Positions 47,890-58,700 of a stretch of DNA of 64,000 bases are shown one piece after another. Where the stretch lies: positions 18,253 through 82,252 of the IMG/VR virus record IMGVR_UViG_3300026457_000013; one strand, 5' to 3'. Positions within the stretch are counted from its first letter, which is position 1; each line of letters starts with the position of its first letter. The notes under the pieces were generated by a model. It did no database searches and had not been told where the DNA came from. It saw nothing but the letters and a program-made list of their open reading frames with translations. The stretch comes from a virus. A program made the translations under genes and the position numbers.

Positions 47890-50800
47890 CAGGCATACTT
47901 AATTTATTAGCCAGTGGTAAGCCACCTGCAGCAGCTGTTACAGCTTATCAAATTGAGCGTAGTTTAAGATTTAACAGCAGCGATAGCGCATATTTAAGCT
48001 GGACACCTCCAGTAGCTGGCAATCGCAAAACCTGGACTTGGAGTGGTTGGATTAAACGCACTAATTTTGCGACTACAAACATACTGTTTTCGGCGTTAAA
48101 CACTGGACAAAGTACCTTTCGATGCGAGTTTGACGCTACATCAAACAAGCTCTATTTCAGAAACTTCATCTCTGATACTCCAAATCTAAACCTTATTACA
48201 ACACAAGTATTTCGCGATTCGTCTGCGTGGTATCACCTTGTGTGTGCAGTTGATACCACGCAAGCTACAGCGTCCGATCGCGTCAAGCTGTATATTAACG
48301 GTGTTCAGATAACATCCTTTGACACAGCCACATATCCCTCGCAAAACTATGACACTTGGGTTAACGCGACTACAGTCCATAACATAGGTTCTGAGATTGG
48401 TGCCTATGGTTGGTTTAACGGCTATATAGCCGACGTTCACTTTATCGACGGCCAACAGCTAACACCAGCAGCTTTTGGTGCAACCAGTGCAACCACAGGC
48501 GTTTGGACACCTAGTGCCTATACAGGTACCTATGGTACTAATGGCTTTCGCTTGCCATTTAGCGATAATAGTAGTGCGCTAAACTTAGGTTGCAACACTG
48601 CACAAACTGGTGATGAACTGTGGCCATATACGACACTACACCTTAGCGGCAATCCTGCTAATACCAGCGGCTATAACTGCTTTAGTGATAAAAGCGGTCA
48701 AAATAATGGCAATGGTTTTCCTATTACAGTTAACGGCGACACACGCAGCAGCAGTTTTAGTCCGTATGGGACTAGTTGGAGTGCATATTTCGATGGTGCA
48801 AGCGACTACATTCAATACACAAATTCAGATTTTTCTGTTTCTACTGGAGACTTTACGGCAGAATGGTGGATGTATGTTACATCCGATAAATCTCAAGTTG
48901 GGATAATGACCGCAGCATCCAATCCTAATTTGACTATTGGCTATGGAAGTGGGTCAGCAAATGCCAGACAGGTGTATGTTGAATGGGGTGGGTCAGGCGC
49001 TTATATAGGCTCCATGTCTAATTACGCAAACGTTTGGGTTCATATTTGCGTCATGAGAAGCTCTGGAACTGTTTACACGTTCCAAAACGGAACTCTTTTA
49101 AGCTCCGTTTCTAAATCTGCCGCTTTAGGTTCTACAGCCAATATGGTAATTGGCACTAACTCAGGCGATATAGCGGCTCAAAGTTTTCCTGGTTATTTAA
49201 GTAACGTAAGATTTTCTAAAGTTGCCGTTTATAGTACTTCTGGGTTTACGCCTAGCACTTCGCCATTGACCAGAACAAGTCAAGGCGCAACAAACGTCCA
49301 ATTTTTAACGCTTCAGTCTAACAGATTTTTGGATAGTAATGGTGTTAATACGCCAGCATCAAGCCCGTTAACAATAACTAAGAACGGTGATGTAACCGTA
49401 GCCAGCTTCTCCCCATTTCTAGAAACTGACACTACTAGTGGGTCAGGCTACTTTGATGGTAATGGGGATTTTCTAGCTACGCCTACTACTGGGCAGTTTG
49501 CAACTACTGGCAACTTTACAGTGAGCTTTTGGTTTTACACATTATCTAGTAATCAACAAGTTATCTTAGGCAATCACGCCAACACCAGTACCACATCAGG
49601 TAATTGGATGGTCACAGTTGAGAATGGTACGTTTGGTTACTATATTAACGGTGGCGGTGGTGCAGCACAGATTTATTCTGCTGCAAATACGTTTGTACCA
49701 GGGCAGTGGTATTTTGTGTCATTCTCGAGAAGTGGCAACACTGTAACTGCTTACTTAAACGGTGCCACCGTAGGCTCTATAACTAAGACAGATACTTTTG
49801 GTAATGCCAGTCAAACCGTGCATATTGGCCAAAGGCCTTATGCAGGTAGCCCTGTTTCTGTAGTTGGTTACATTGCAGATGTAAGATTTGTAGATGGAAC
49901 TGCTATTGCTGGAACTACAGTACCAACCACTCCTGTTACCGCCATTTCAGGAACTCAACTTCTTACCCTACAAGACCGTGCTAACTACAACAACAGCGGC
50001 TTTCAGGATAGTTCTCAGTTTAATCATGTTATTACTAGAAACGGCAATGCCACACAAGGTACGTTTAGCCCGTTCTCACAGACTGGGTGGGGGAATTATT
50101 TTGATGGGAGTGTCGATTCTTTAAGTTTGGCAAGCAACGCTGCTTTTGCTTATGGAACTAGCGATTTTACGTGGGAAGTATGGGTGTTTCCTACTGCTTC
50201 AACGTGGACATCTGGCTCTGGTAATTTTTACATCATTGAACACGCCACAAACGGCGGTACGCTTTTTTATTATCAAAATAGAATTGCTTATTACAATCCA
50301 ACAACTGGAACTGGTAGCGCACTTTACACAAGCGGAGGAACGGTTGCCCCTAACCAGTGGAGTCATATTGCAGTATCGAGGGAATCTGGAACCACAAGAA
50401 TTTATGTAAATGGGCAATTAAGTACCAGTGGTAGTGATGCAAATAATTACGCAGCACAAGCGGTAACTATTGGCAGGTCTGGAGTCGGGACTCAAGAGTA
50501 TTTTGGCTACATGTCAAATGTTCGCATCGTCAAAGGCCGTGCTGTCTACACATCAGCGTTTACACCTCCAACCACCCCACTAACCCGCACCACAGGCGGC
50601 ACAAACCCACCACAGGGTACAGAATGTTCGCTGCTTACCTGCCAAAGCAACCGCTTCCTAGACAGTAACGGTGTCAATATACCGGCATCTAGCCCACTCA
50701 CCATCACAGTAAACGGAAACACCTCCGTACAAGCCTTCTCTCCATTCACCCCCAGTGCTAGCTGGAGTGCTGCCGCTTATGGCGGTTCGGGCTACTTTGA

Positions 50801-53800
50801 GGGTAGTGGAGATTATTTAACAGTTGCAAATAACGATGCACTGAATTTAGGTAACTCTGACTTTACTATTGAAGGCTGGTTTTTTTCCGGCGCAAGTTTT
50901 GGAGGGCTGTTTGCGAAAAGAGGGTCTAATACAATAGCAGGAATCGCCGCATATACAGACGGCACAAAGATTCAATATTTGTGTGCTATTGGTGGTAGCT
51001 GGGCCGTCAATATGCTAGGTACGGCTAACTGGGTATTTAATCAATGGAACCACTTTGCGTTTGTTAGAAGCGGTAGTACGTTTACCAGTTACATCAATGG
51101 AGTTGTAAGCGCCACGGCTACAAATAGCGGAACGATTGATACAAATACAGGTGGGTTTGCAATTGGAGCGACTGCCGCAGACGGTGCTGGTTTGGCGACA
51201 TCTCCTTTTTATCTTGGCAGCATGCGAGTAGTCAAAGGCACCGCTGTATACACCGCAGCCTTTACCCCACCCAGTGGTCCACTTACAGCAATACCAGGCA
51301 CTAGCCTCTTACTGAACTTTACCAACGCTGGCATAGTTGACTATACCGGCAAAAATGTTCTAGAAACCCTAGGCAATGCCAGTAACGTTACCGCGCTGAA
51401 AAAATCACTTATATCTGCTAAAGGCAGTTTATATTTTGATGGTACGGGTGATTCTGTTAATGTGCCAAGTAGCAATTCTATTAATTTTGGTTCAGGCAAT
51501 TGGACAATAGAATTTTGGATGTATACTGCAAATGTAAGCACTCGACAAGACATTCTAGACAGACGAGCAACAGCAACAGTTACTGGTTGGATGCTTTGGA
51601 TGAATGGTACAGCAGCTAGACTGGCATTTTATACTTCTTTTGGTTGGCCTTTCATAACATCTAATACAGACATTATAGCTAATACTTGGACTCATGTTGC
51701 TGTTGTAAGAAATGGTAATTCTTTCAAAATGTATCAAAACGGAGTTGAAGTTGCATCAGGCACTAACGCATCTGCAATGCCTGATGACAATACTTATCTC
51801 CGAATTGGCACCAGTGTTGAAAATGCTAATTATTATAACGGCTACATACAGGACCTTAGAATAACCAAGTATGCACGCTATACAGGTACATTTACACCGC
51901 CTGTACGCACCTTTGCACACAATGTCCTAGACATTGGCCACAAGCAGTGGACGCCTGTAAACTTTAGTGTGGCTAGTGGTGCTGGTAATGATAGCCTAGT
52001 AGATACACCTACACCATATGGTATTGATGCGCCAGTAGCAGGTAGTTATGCAACTTTTGATGCTACATCAAGCTCAGTTACCCTAAGCAACGGCAACTTA
52101 ACTCTTACCGGCGTAGCCGGAGCCGGTTACAATAAAGCCAATACTACAACAGCCGTTTCTTCAGGCAAGTGGTACTTTGAAGCAACTTTAGTTAGTGCAG
52201 GCACTGATACCAGCATAGGTATTAGCCAGGGCAATAGCTCATCGACTTATCCGGGGCAGGAAGCAACTTCATATGCCTATGTGCTGGAAAAAGGTCAAAA
52301 GTTCAATGGCAACTCGCCGGCTGCATATGCAGCGTCGTTGGCTGCTGGTGATGTCTTCATGTGCGCTTTTGATTTAGATAACAACAAGCTGTTCTTTGGA
52401 AAAAACGGCACTTGGTTTGCAAGTAGTAATCCGGCTACTGGAGCAAATCCAGCTTTCACGCTTACTGCTGGAACATACAGAGCAGTTGGTCGCCCATACG
52501 GCACTAACACGGCTACCTTCAACTTTGGTGCTAGCACATTTGCCTATACACCGCCAACTGGCTTTGCAGGGCTGCAAGATTTTGTATCTGGCGGCGTAGT
52601 GCGCGGCAATTATGCAACACTAAATCCCATTAACAATTCAGGTGGAACTTTTACAAACGGTAATTTAGATTGGACTACCCCAGCCACAGATCAACGAATG
52701 GCATTATCTTCAATGTCAGTGTCTGGAATATCAAAATGGTATTGCGAATTTACTATGGGATCTAAAACAGGGTCATATTGGTCAGTAGGAATATTTGGAA
52801 ACTCAACTGCATGGAATCCAAGATTACAGTATCGTAGTGATGGAGCAAGATGGGTTGATTCTACCCAGCAGGCAGGTAATTGGTCCAGCTTTACTCAAAA
52901 TGATATCATTGGGATTGCTTTCGATGGTCCCACAGGAACAGCTACATTTTATAAAAATGGTGTCTCCCAAGGAACTATGACAGTGACTGATCTCACCGTG
53001 CTACAATATTTTGCATGCACTTCTGATGGTTCTGGCGGAACAATGAATTATACTGTTAATTTTGGTCAACGCCCATTCAACTACACTGCACCTAGTGGGT
53101 TCAAGGCACTGTGCACACAAAACCTATCAACACCTAGTATAGTTAAATCTAACACGGCGTTTGATGCACTTGTTTGGTCCGGCGACGGCGTCAATAACAG
53201 AAAGCTCACAACAAACTTTAGTCCAGATTTGTTTTGGGTTAAGGCTAGAAATAGCGCCGCCTACCATTCAATAAACGATTCGGTGCGCGGAGCAAACGCA
53301 ATCCTGCAGACCAACACAACCTCCGCTGAACAAGTCAATTCAAACGGCTACGTTACTACGTTTGCCGCAGATGGCGTAAATATAACAAACGGCTCTGACA
53401 TAAACGCATCGGGAACGAATTACGTTGGCTGGGCTTGGGACGCTGGTACTACTACCGTTACAAACACGGCAGGAACTATTAGTGCTCAGGTTCGCGCAAA
53501 TCCAACTACAGGATTTTCTATAGTTTCCTATACAGGAGTTGTCGGTGGAAATAGTGTTGGTCATGGTCTTGGCGTTGCTCCAAAATTTATAATTGTCAAA
53601 GGACGTACAACAAGCGCTTGGATAGTATATACACAAATGACTGGTGTAAATGCATATTTATATCTTCATACTAGTGGTGCAAGCGTTAGTGATGCTGGTA
53701 TTTGGTCAGGTACAGGCAGCGGAGTTACTAGCAGCACTTTTGGTGTTCGAGGTGCATCAGACAATGGACTTACTGGAGTAAATCTAATTGCTTATTGTTT

Positions 53801-54143
53801 TGCTGAAGTTCCTGGTTTCTCAGCTTTTGGTAGTTATACAGGCAACGGCAGCACAGATGGACCGTTTGTCTACACAGGATTTAGACCGGCTTGGATTATG
53901 ATAAAACGGTCCGACAATACGGAAAATTGGAATTTGTATGATACTAAACGCAACAGCTACAATGTTGCAGATTCAGAACTATATCCGAATCTTAGTAATA
54001 GTGAAGGAACTTATGCTGATAGAGATTTTTTATCAAATGGGTTTAAAATTAGAAACACTAACATAGGCAGAAACGCCAGTGGTAGTACTTATATCTACGC
54101 AGCCTTTGCTGAAAACCCCTTTAAATATAGCCTAGCGAGGTAA
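47886..54143 (+). CDS. giant LamG/concanavalin A-like and SPRY repeat virion protein
   Basis: 2085 aa; repeated YFDG..GDFT.E.W..W.H.A..R modules; SGKWYFE SPRY-like domains. Confidence 0.85.
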   Translation: MTGILNLLASGKPPAAAVTAYQIERSLRFNSSDSAYLSWTPPVAGNRKTWTWSGWIKRTNFATTNILFSALNTGQSTFRCEFDATSNKLYFRNFISDTPNLNLITTQVFRDSSAWYHLVCAVDTTQATASDRVKLYINGVQITSFDTATYPSQNYDTWVNATTVHNIGSEIGAYGWFNGYIADVHFIDGQQLTPAAFGATSATTGVWTPSAYTGTYGTNGFRLPFSDNSSALNLGCNTAQTGDELWPYTTLHLSGNPANTSGYNCFSDKSGQNNGNGFPITVNGDTRSSSFSPYGTSWSAYFDGASDYIQYTNSDFSVSTGDFTAEWWMYVTSDKSQVGIMTAASNPNLTIGYGSGSANARQVYVEWGGSGAYIGSMSNYANVWVHICVMRSSGTVYTFQNGTLLSSVSKSAALGSTANMVIGTNSGDIAAQSFPGYLSNVRFSKVAVYSTSGFTPSTSPLTRTSQGATNVQFLTLQSNRFLDSNGVNTPASSPLTITKNGDVTVASFSPFLETDTTSGSGYFDGNGDFLATPTTGQFATTGNFTVSFWFYTLSSNQQVILGNHANTSTTSGNWMVTVENGTFGYYINGGGGAAQIYSAANTFVPGQWYFVSFSRSGNTVTAYLNGATVGSITKTDTFGNASQTVHIGQRPYAGSPVSVVGYIADVRFVDGTAIAGTTVPTTPVTAISGTQLLTLQDRANYNNSGFQDSSQFNHVITRNGNATQGTFSPFSQTGWGNYFDGSVDSLSLASNAAFAYGTSDFTWEVWVFPTASTWTSGSGNFYIIEHATNGGTLFYYQNRIAYYNPTTGTGSALYTSGGTVAPNQWSHIAVSRESGTTRIYVNGQLSTSGSDANNYAAQAVTIGRSGVGTQEYFGYMSNVRIVKGRAVYTSAFTPPTTPLTRTTGGTNPPQGTECSLLTCQSNRFLDSNGVNIPASSPLTITVNGNTSVQAFSPFTPSASWSAAAYGGSGYFEGSGDYLTVANNDALNLGNSDFTIEGWFFSGASFGGLFAKRGSNTIAGIAAYTDGTKIQYLCAIGGSWAVNMLGTANWVFNQWNHFAFVRSGSTFTSYINGVVSATATNSGTIDTNTGGFAIGATAADGAGLATSPFYLGSMRVVKGTAVYTAAFTPPSGPLTAIPGTSLLLNFTNAGIVDYTGKNVLETLGNASNVTALKKSLISAKGSLYFDGTGDSVNVPSSNSINFGSGNWTIEFWMYTANVSTRQDILDRRATATVTGWMLWMNGTAARLAFYTSFGWPFITSNTDIIANTWTHVAVVRNGNSFKMYQNGVEVASGTNASAMPDDNTYLRIGTSVENANYYNGYIQDLRITKYARYTGTFTPPVRTFAHNVLDIGHKQWTPVNFSVASGAGNDSLVDTPTPYGIDAPVAGSYATFDATSSSVTLSNGNLTLTGVAGAGYNKANTTTAVSSGKWYFEATLVSAGTDTSIGISQGNSSSTYPGQEATSYAYVLEKGQKFNGNSPAAYAASLAAGDVFMCAFDLDNNKLFFGKNGTWFASSNPATGANPAFTLTAGTYRAVGRPYGTNTATFNFGASTFAYTPPTGFAGLQDFVSGGVVRGNYATLNPINNSGGTFTNGNLDWTTPATDQRMALSSMSVSGISKWYCEFTMGSKTGSYWSVGIFGNSTAWNPRLQYRSDGARWVDSTQQAGNWSSFTQNDIIGIAFDGPTGTATFYKNGVSQGTMTVTDLTVLQYFACTSDGSGGTMNYTVNFGQRPFNYTAPSGFKALCTQNLSTPSIVKSNTAFDALVWSGDGVNNRKLTTNFSPDLFWVKARNSAAYHSINDSVRGANAILQTNTTSAEQVNSNGYVTTFAADGVNITNGSDINASGTNYVGWAWDAGTTTVTNTAGTISAQVRANPTTGFSIVSYTGVVGGNSVGHGLGVAPKFIIVKGRTTSAWIVYTQMTGVNAYLYLHTSGASVSDAGIWSGTGSGVTSSTFGVRGASDNGLTGVNLIAYCFAEVPGFSAFGSYTGNGSTDGPFVYTGFRPAWIMIKRSDNTENWNLYDTKRNSYNVADSELYPNLSNSEGTYADRDFLSNGFKIRNTNIGRNASGSTYIYAAFAENPFKYSLAR

Positions 54144-54147
54144 AAAT

Positions 54148-54789
54148 ATGTTTGTAATAGTTAAAAGTGGTGAAATTACAGGCACTATTGAGCCTGGCCG
54201 CAGCTTAGTAATTGATAGTATTGACTATGGTCCTGACTGGCGAAATTTAGTTGATTTATCCAGCTTAGGTATTTTAGAGGTAGTAGAAAGTCAAGAACCT
54301 GATCAGCGCTTCTATTGGACTAATAGTAGTATACAACTATTTAATGGTATACCACATAGAGTATACACTGCTACAGCCAAAGACTTGGATAGTTTAAAAC
54401 AGCAGTATATTGCAGCTAACAAACAAAACTGCAATCAACAGCTGCAAGAAACAGACTGGATGCTGATTAGAAAACTAGAGCGCAATATAGCTGTTCCACC
54501 TGTGGTGGAACAAGCGCGCACAGAGATTGTTGCAAACTGTAATCAGCTAGAAGCTAGTATACTAGCTGCAACTACTGTAGAGGAGTTAATAGATTTAGTT
54601 AGTCCAGGCAGTCAAAAGTACGTGCCAAGCAGTGTTCAACCAGATCTACCTGTACCACAACTACAACCAACACCTGTTCAGCAGGTGTTAGTTGAGCAAC
54701 AAACACCCGTTGAACAGGTATTAGCAGCACCACCTGAACAACTAAGTGTTGATACACTAACTACTAGCCAAATAGCTACACTAGTATAA
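54148..54789 (+). CDS. tail fibre assembly-like protein
   Basis: PDQRFYW and LQETDWMLIRK; P/Q-rich tail. Confidence 0.6.
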   Translation: MFVIVKSGEITGTIEPGRSLVIDSIDYGPDWRNLVDLSSLGILEVVESQEPDQRFYWTNSSIQLFNGIPHRVYTATAKDLDSLKQQYIAANKQNCNQQLQETDWMLIRKLERNIAVPPVVEQARTEIVANCNQLEASILAATTVEELIDLVSPGSQKYVPSSVQPDLPVPQLQPTPVQQVLVEQQTPVEQVLAAPPEQLSVDTLTTSQIATLV

Positions 54790-54798
54790 GGAACTAAA

Positions 54799-55248
54799 AT
54801 GTTATATGCACGAGTAATTAATGGCCAAATCTATGATCAAGCTGCACTAGCAGACCTATTTCCCAATACTAGTTTTCCACAGGCCGGACCCACACAGGAA
54901 TTTTTAGCCGGTGAAAATTTGGTACCTATTCAAGAGCGCAAGCAGTATGATGCACAAACACAGGTCCTAGAGCGTGTGCCTGCTTATATTGAAGATGGAG
55001 TTGTATATGTAGTGAAGGCACGTGCCAAAACTAGTGAAGAACTACAAGCTGAGCAATTGGCCCTAGCAGCACAAAATGAGCGGCAAGCCAAGCAGCTACT
55101 AGCCAGCACAGATTGGACGCAGTTGGCTGATGTAACACTGGTTAATAAGCAGGAGTTTGCCACCTATCGCGCACAACTTCGCCAAATAGCAACAAACCCA
55201 CAAGCTGTGGTAACATGGCCAGCACCTCCCGCTAATGTTTGGCAATAA
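54799..55248 (+). CDS. tail fibre assembly chaperone-like protein
   Basis: LASTDWTQLADV..YRAQLRQI..VTWP. Confidence 0.7.
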   Translation: MLYARVINGQIYDQAALADLFPNTSFPQAGPTQEFLAGENLVPIQERKQYDAQTQVLERVPAYIEDGVVYVVKARAKTSEELQAEQLALAAQNERQAKQLLASTDWTQLADVTLVNKQEFATYRAQLRQIATNPQAVVTWPAPPANVWQ

Positions 55249-55263
55249 ATAGGAATATAACAA

Positions 55264-55791
55264 ATGGCTAATGTAATCAATGCACAAAATGGTATAGCTA
55301 GCACTGCTGATGCTACCAATGACCTTAATATTCAAGCAGGCGGCAGTACCTTTGTAGAGATTGCTAGCGGTGCACTTAACTTAAAAACCGCTGGCACAAA
55401 TGCACTGCAAGTGGATACTAGCCAGCAAATCACACTGCCCAAACGTCTTACACTGCCAGCGCAAAAGATCAAAGTTAATGATATTGGCACGCAAAGTACT
55501 GCTAGCGCCACAGTTACCATTAACCTAGCTACACATACCATACATACTATAACACTAGCAGCTGCTACAACTTTTGCATTTTCAAATGCACCTAGCAGTG
55601 GCGAATCGCAGGTAGTTTACCTGCGCATAACAAACGGTGGCAGTACTACTATAACCTGGCCTGCCAACACCAAATATGCTGGTGGCACACCGCCTACACT
55701 AACCACCACTGGTGTAGACCTACTAGGTGTTGTCTACGACTTGGCTACTACCACCTATATGGTATTTGTTATTGGACTAGATGTAAAATGA
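55264..55791 (+). CDS. fibre-base structural protein
   Basis: ITWPANTKYAGGTPPTLT..GVDLL. Confidence 0.65.
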   Translation: MANVINAQNGIASTADATNDLNIQAGGSTFVEIASGALNLKTAGTNALQVDTSQQITLPKRLTLPAQKIKVNDIGTQSTASATVTINLATHTIHTITLAAATTFAFSNAPSSGESQVVYLRITNGGSTTITWPANTKYAGGTPPTLTTTGVDLLGVVYDLATTTYMVFVIGLDVK

Positions 55792-58700
55792 ATGAGCTAT
55801 TAATAGCAACTCAAAAAACCAGTGCTGTACAAGTTGATCCTTACTATAACCTAGTAAGCCTACACCTTAAAGGCGATGTAAATACTGGTCGCGACTACAA
55901 TGCCTTTTCCGATGCTAGTTCAAATAACTTTAGGCTTACTAATAGTGGTGATGTGCGTGGTACTAGTTTTAGTCCGTATAACACTAGTTGGAGTGCGTAT
56001 TTCGATGGTACTGGGGACTTTGTAACCACGTCGTCTTCAGCCGCACTTGCTCTTTCAACGGGTGACTTCACTGCTGAATGCTGGGTATATCCAGTTTCTA
56101 TACCAAATTGGGGTGGGATCTACAGTTCTGATCCCACTACGGGAAATGCGGGATTAGCTTTTGGATTTAGGAACACAGGTGACGGTCAGCTTCAAGTAAA
56201 GCTAGGAAACGATGCAAGTCAAGATGCATTTTACTCAACGTCAAACGTCAGGCTTCAAACCTGGTCGCATTTGGCCGTGGTACGCAGCGGGTCTGGCACA
56301 AACAACGTAACTTTATATATCAATGGTGTAGCCGCTGGTTCAATGACAAGCAATCGTGATGTAACGCACACAATTGCGGTACTTGGACGCTGGTACACAA
56401 CATCGGATAACTACTACTTCAACGGCCATCTTTCTAATTTTCGGCTTATCAAAGGTCAAGCCTTATTTACCGGAAACTTTACGCCGACCACATCGACCCT
56501 TACCTCGTCATCGGTTGGGCATACAGGAACTGGTGTAGCAGCGTCCTTAACGGGCACCGTTAGCCTACTTACCTGTCAATCCAATCGATTCATCGATAGC
56601 ACCACACCCAACGCTGCCAAGTCTGGTGGCTTGACTCTTACACCAAGTGGCGAAACTCGCATCTCCAGCTTTAGCTCATTTCTTGATAGTGATACCACTA
56701 GTGGGTCGGGGTACTTTGATGGTAGTGGGGATTATTTGAGTGCGGCAAGTAATGCTGCTTTTACACTTGGAAGTTCATCAGATTTTTGTATTGAGGGTTG
56801 GGTTTATTCAACAGGCACACCAGGGACAGACGCGGTTATTGCAGGAACTTGGCAGAATGGTTCATCAGCTTTTGCTAATCGGTGGCTTCTTTCTTTAAGG
56901 ACTAGTGGAACTGCTATTTACTGGTGGGATTCAACGGGTAGCCCAGGAATCACTTATACAGGAATAACAACAAATCAATGGGTGCATATTGCAGTTGTAA
57001 GAAATTCTGGAACTATAACGCTCTATGTAAATGGTGTATCTAGAGGAACTCAAACCACAAACCAAGCGTATACAACCCAAGATTCTTTGAAAGTTGGCGG
57101 TGGAATAACAGGAACCTCGGATTTTCCTGGATATATTTCAAGTTTAAGAGTTGTACTAGGTTCTCCCGTATACACCACAGCTTTTACCCCACCCACCGCA
57201 CCCCTAGCCGCAACTCAATCTGCTGGAACAAATATACAGGCAATCACGGGAACGCAGACAGCCCTACTCACCTTACAAGAACGCGGTGCCTACAACACCA
57301 TTGGGTTCCAGGACGAAAGCGAATATCAACATGTGATTACTCGTCCCAGTGGAGCAAACGTAGCGCAGGGTACGTTCAGTCCTTTTAGCAATAGTGGTTG
57401 GTCGAATTCATTCAACGGGTCTACTGATTGTTTATCTGTTGCTAGTCACGCAGATTTTAATTTTGGCAGCGGAAATTTTACAGCAGAGTGTTGGGTAAAT
57501 TGGAACACAGCTTCTGGAAACGCGGATCAAGTTATTTTTGCATTTGGCTCTAGTGGTCAAACTGAAGCTGGATTTAGGCTGGTTAGCAATAACACGATTG
57601 TTTTAGATGTTGATGAATCTGTAAGAGTATCTTATTCCTTTGTTCCAACTGCTGGAACTTGGTACCATTTTGCTGTTGTTAGAGATGCAGCCAACACCTA
57701 CAAAATCTATCAAGACGGAGTACTAAAAGCCACAGGAACCTATACATATACACAAGCTCAAATTGGTCTTTTTATTGGTGGTATTAACTGGGCTAACAAC
57801 TACGGTGTCAATGGGTTTATCTCTAATTTTCGGGCTGTAAAAGGCATTGCGGTATACACAGGAGCCTTCACTCCGCCCACCGCGCCGCTAACAGCAACTC
57901 AGTCTGCCGGAACTAATATCTCAGCAATCACAGGATCAGCAACTTCAATCCTAACGCTGCAAAGCAACCGTTTTGTTGATAACAGCGTTAGCCCCAAAAC
58001 CCTCACGGTTGGCGGCTCCCCCCGTGTCACCCCCTTCTCACCCTTTGCACCGTTTGCCTATGATGCTGCTGTGCATGGTGGGTCGGCGTATTTTGATGGG
58101 AGTGGGGATTATCTAAATCTGGCTTCTAGTGACGCCTTCAATATTTCATCCGGCGACTTCACGATAGAAACCTGGGTATACAGATCGTCCACGCAAGCAT
58201 CTACATATCCACGCATACTGACGATTGGAAACGCCAACTACAGTGCGCTGATTTTGTGGACCTCAGGAAACACGATTACCGTTGACGTATCTACAAACGG
58301 AGCTTCTTGGACTAATTGGACGTTTGGCGGAGCAACAATCACTAACGACACTTGGACCCATCTAGCCTTAGTCAGAAACGCCGGAACGATCAGTTTGTAC
58401 AAAGATGGTGTATCTCAAGGAACTCCGGTTTCAAATTCATCTTTCCAGCTTGCAACTCCTGCGATATATGTCGGAACCTTATTTAGCCCTGCAAGCAATT
58501 ATTGGACGGGCTACATTGGCTCAACCAGAATTGTCAAAGGCACTGCCGTATACACCAGCAACTTTACCCCACCCAGTGGCCCACTTCCCCTCCTTGACAA
58601 CACCAGTCTACTACTTAATTTCACCAATGCCGGAATCATTGATAGCACTGGTAAAAATATCATCGAGACCGTAGGTAACGCTGGTGTGGTCACAACCAGC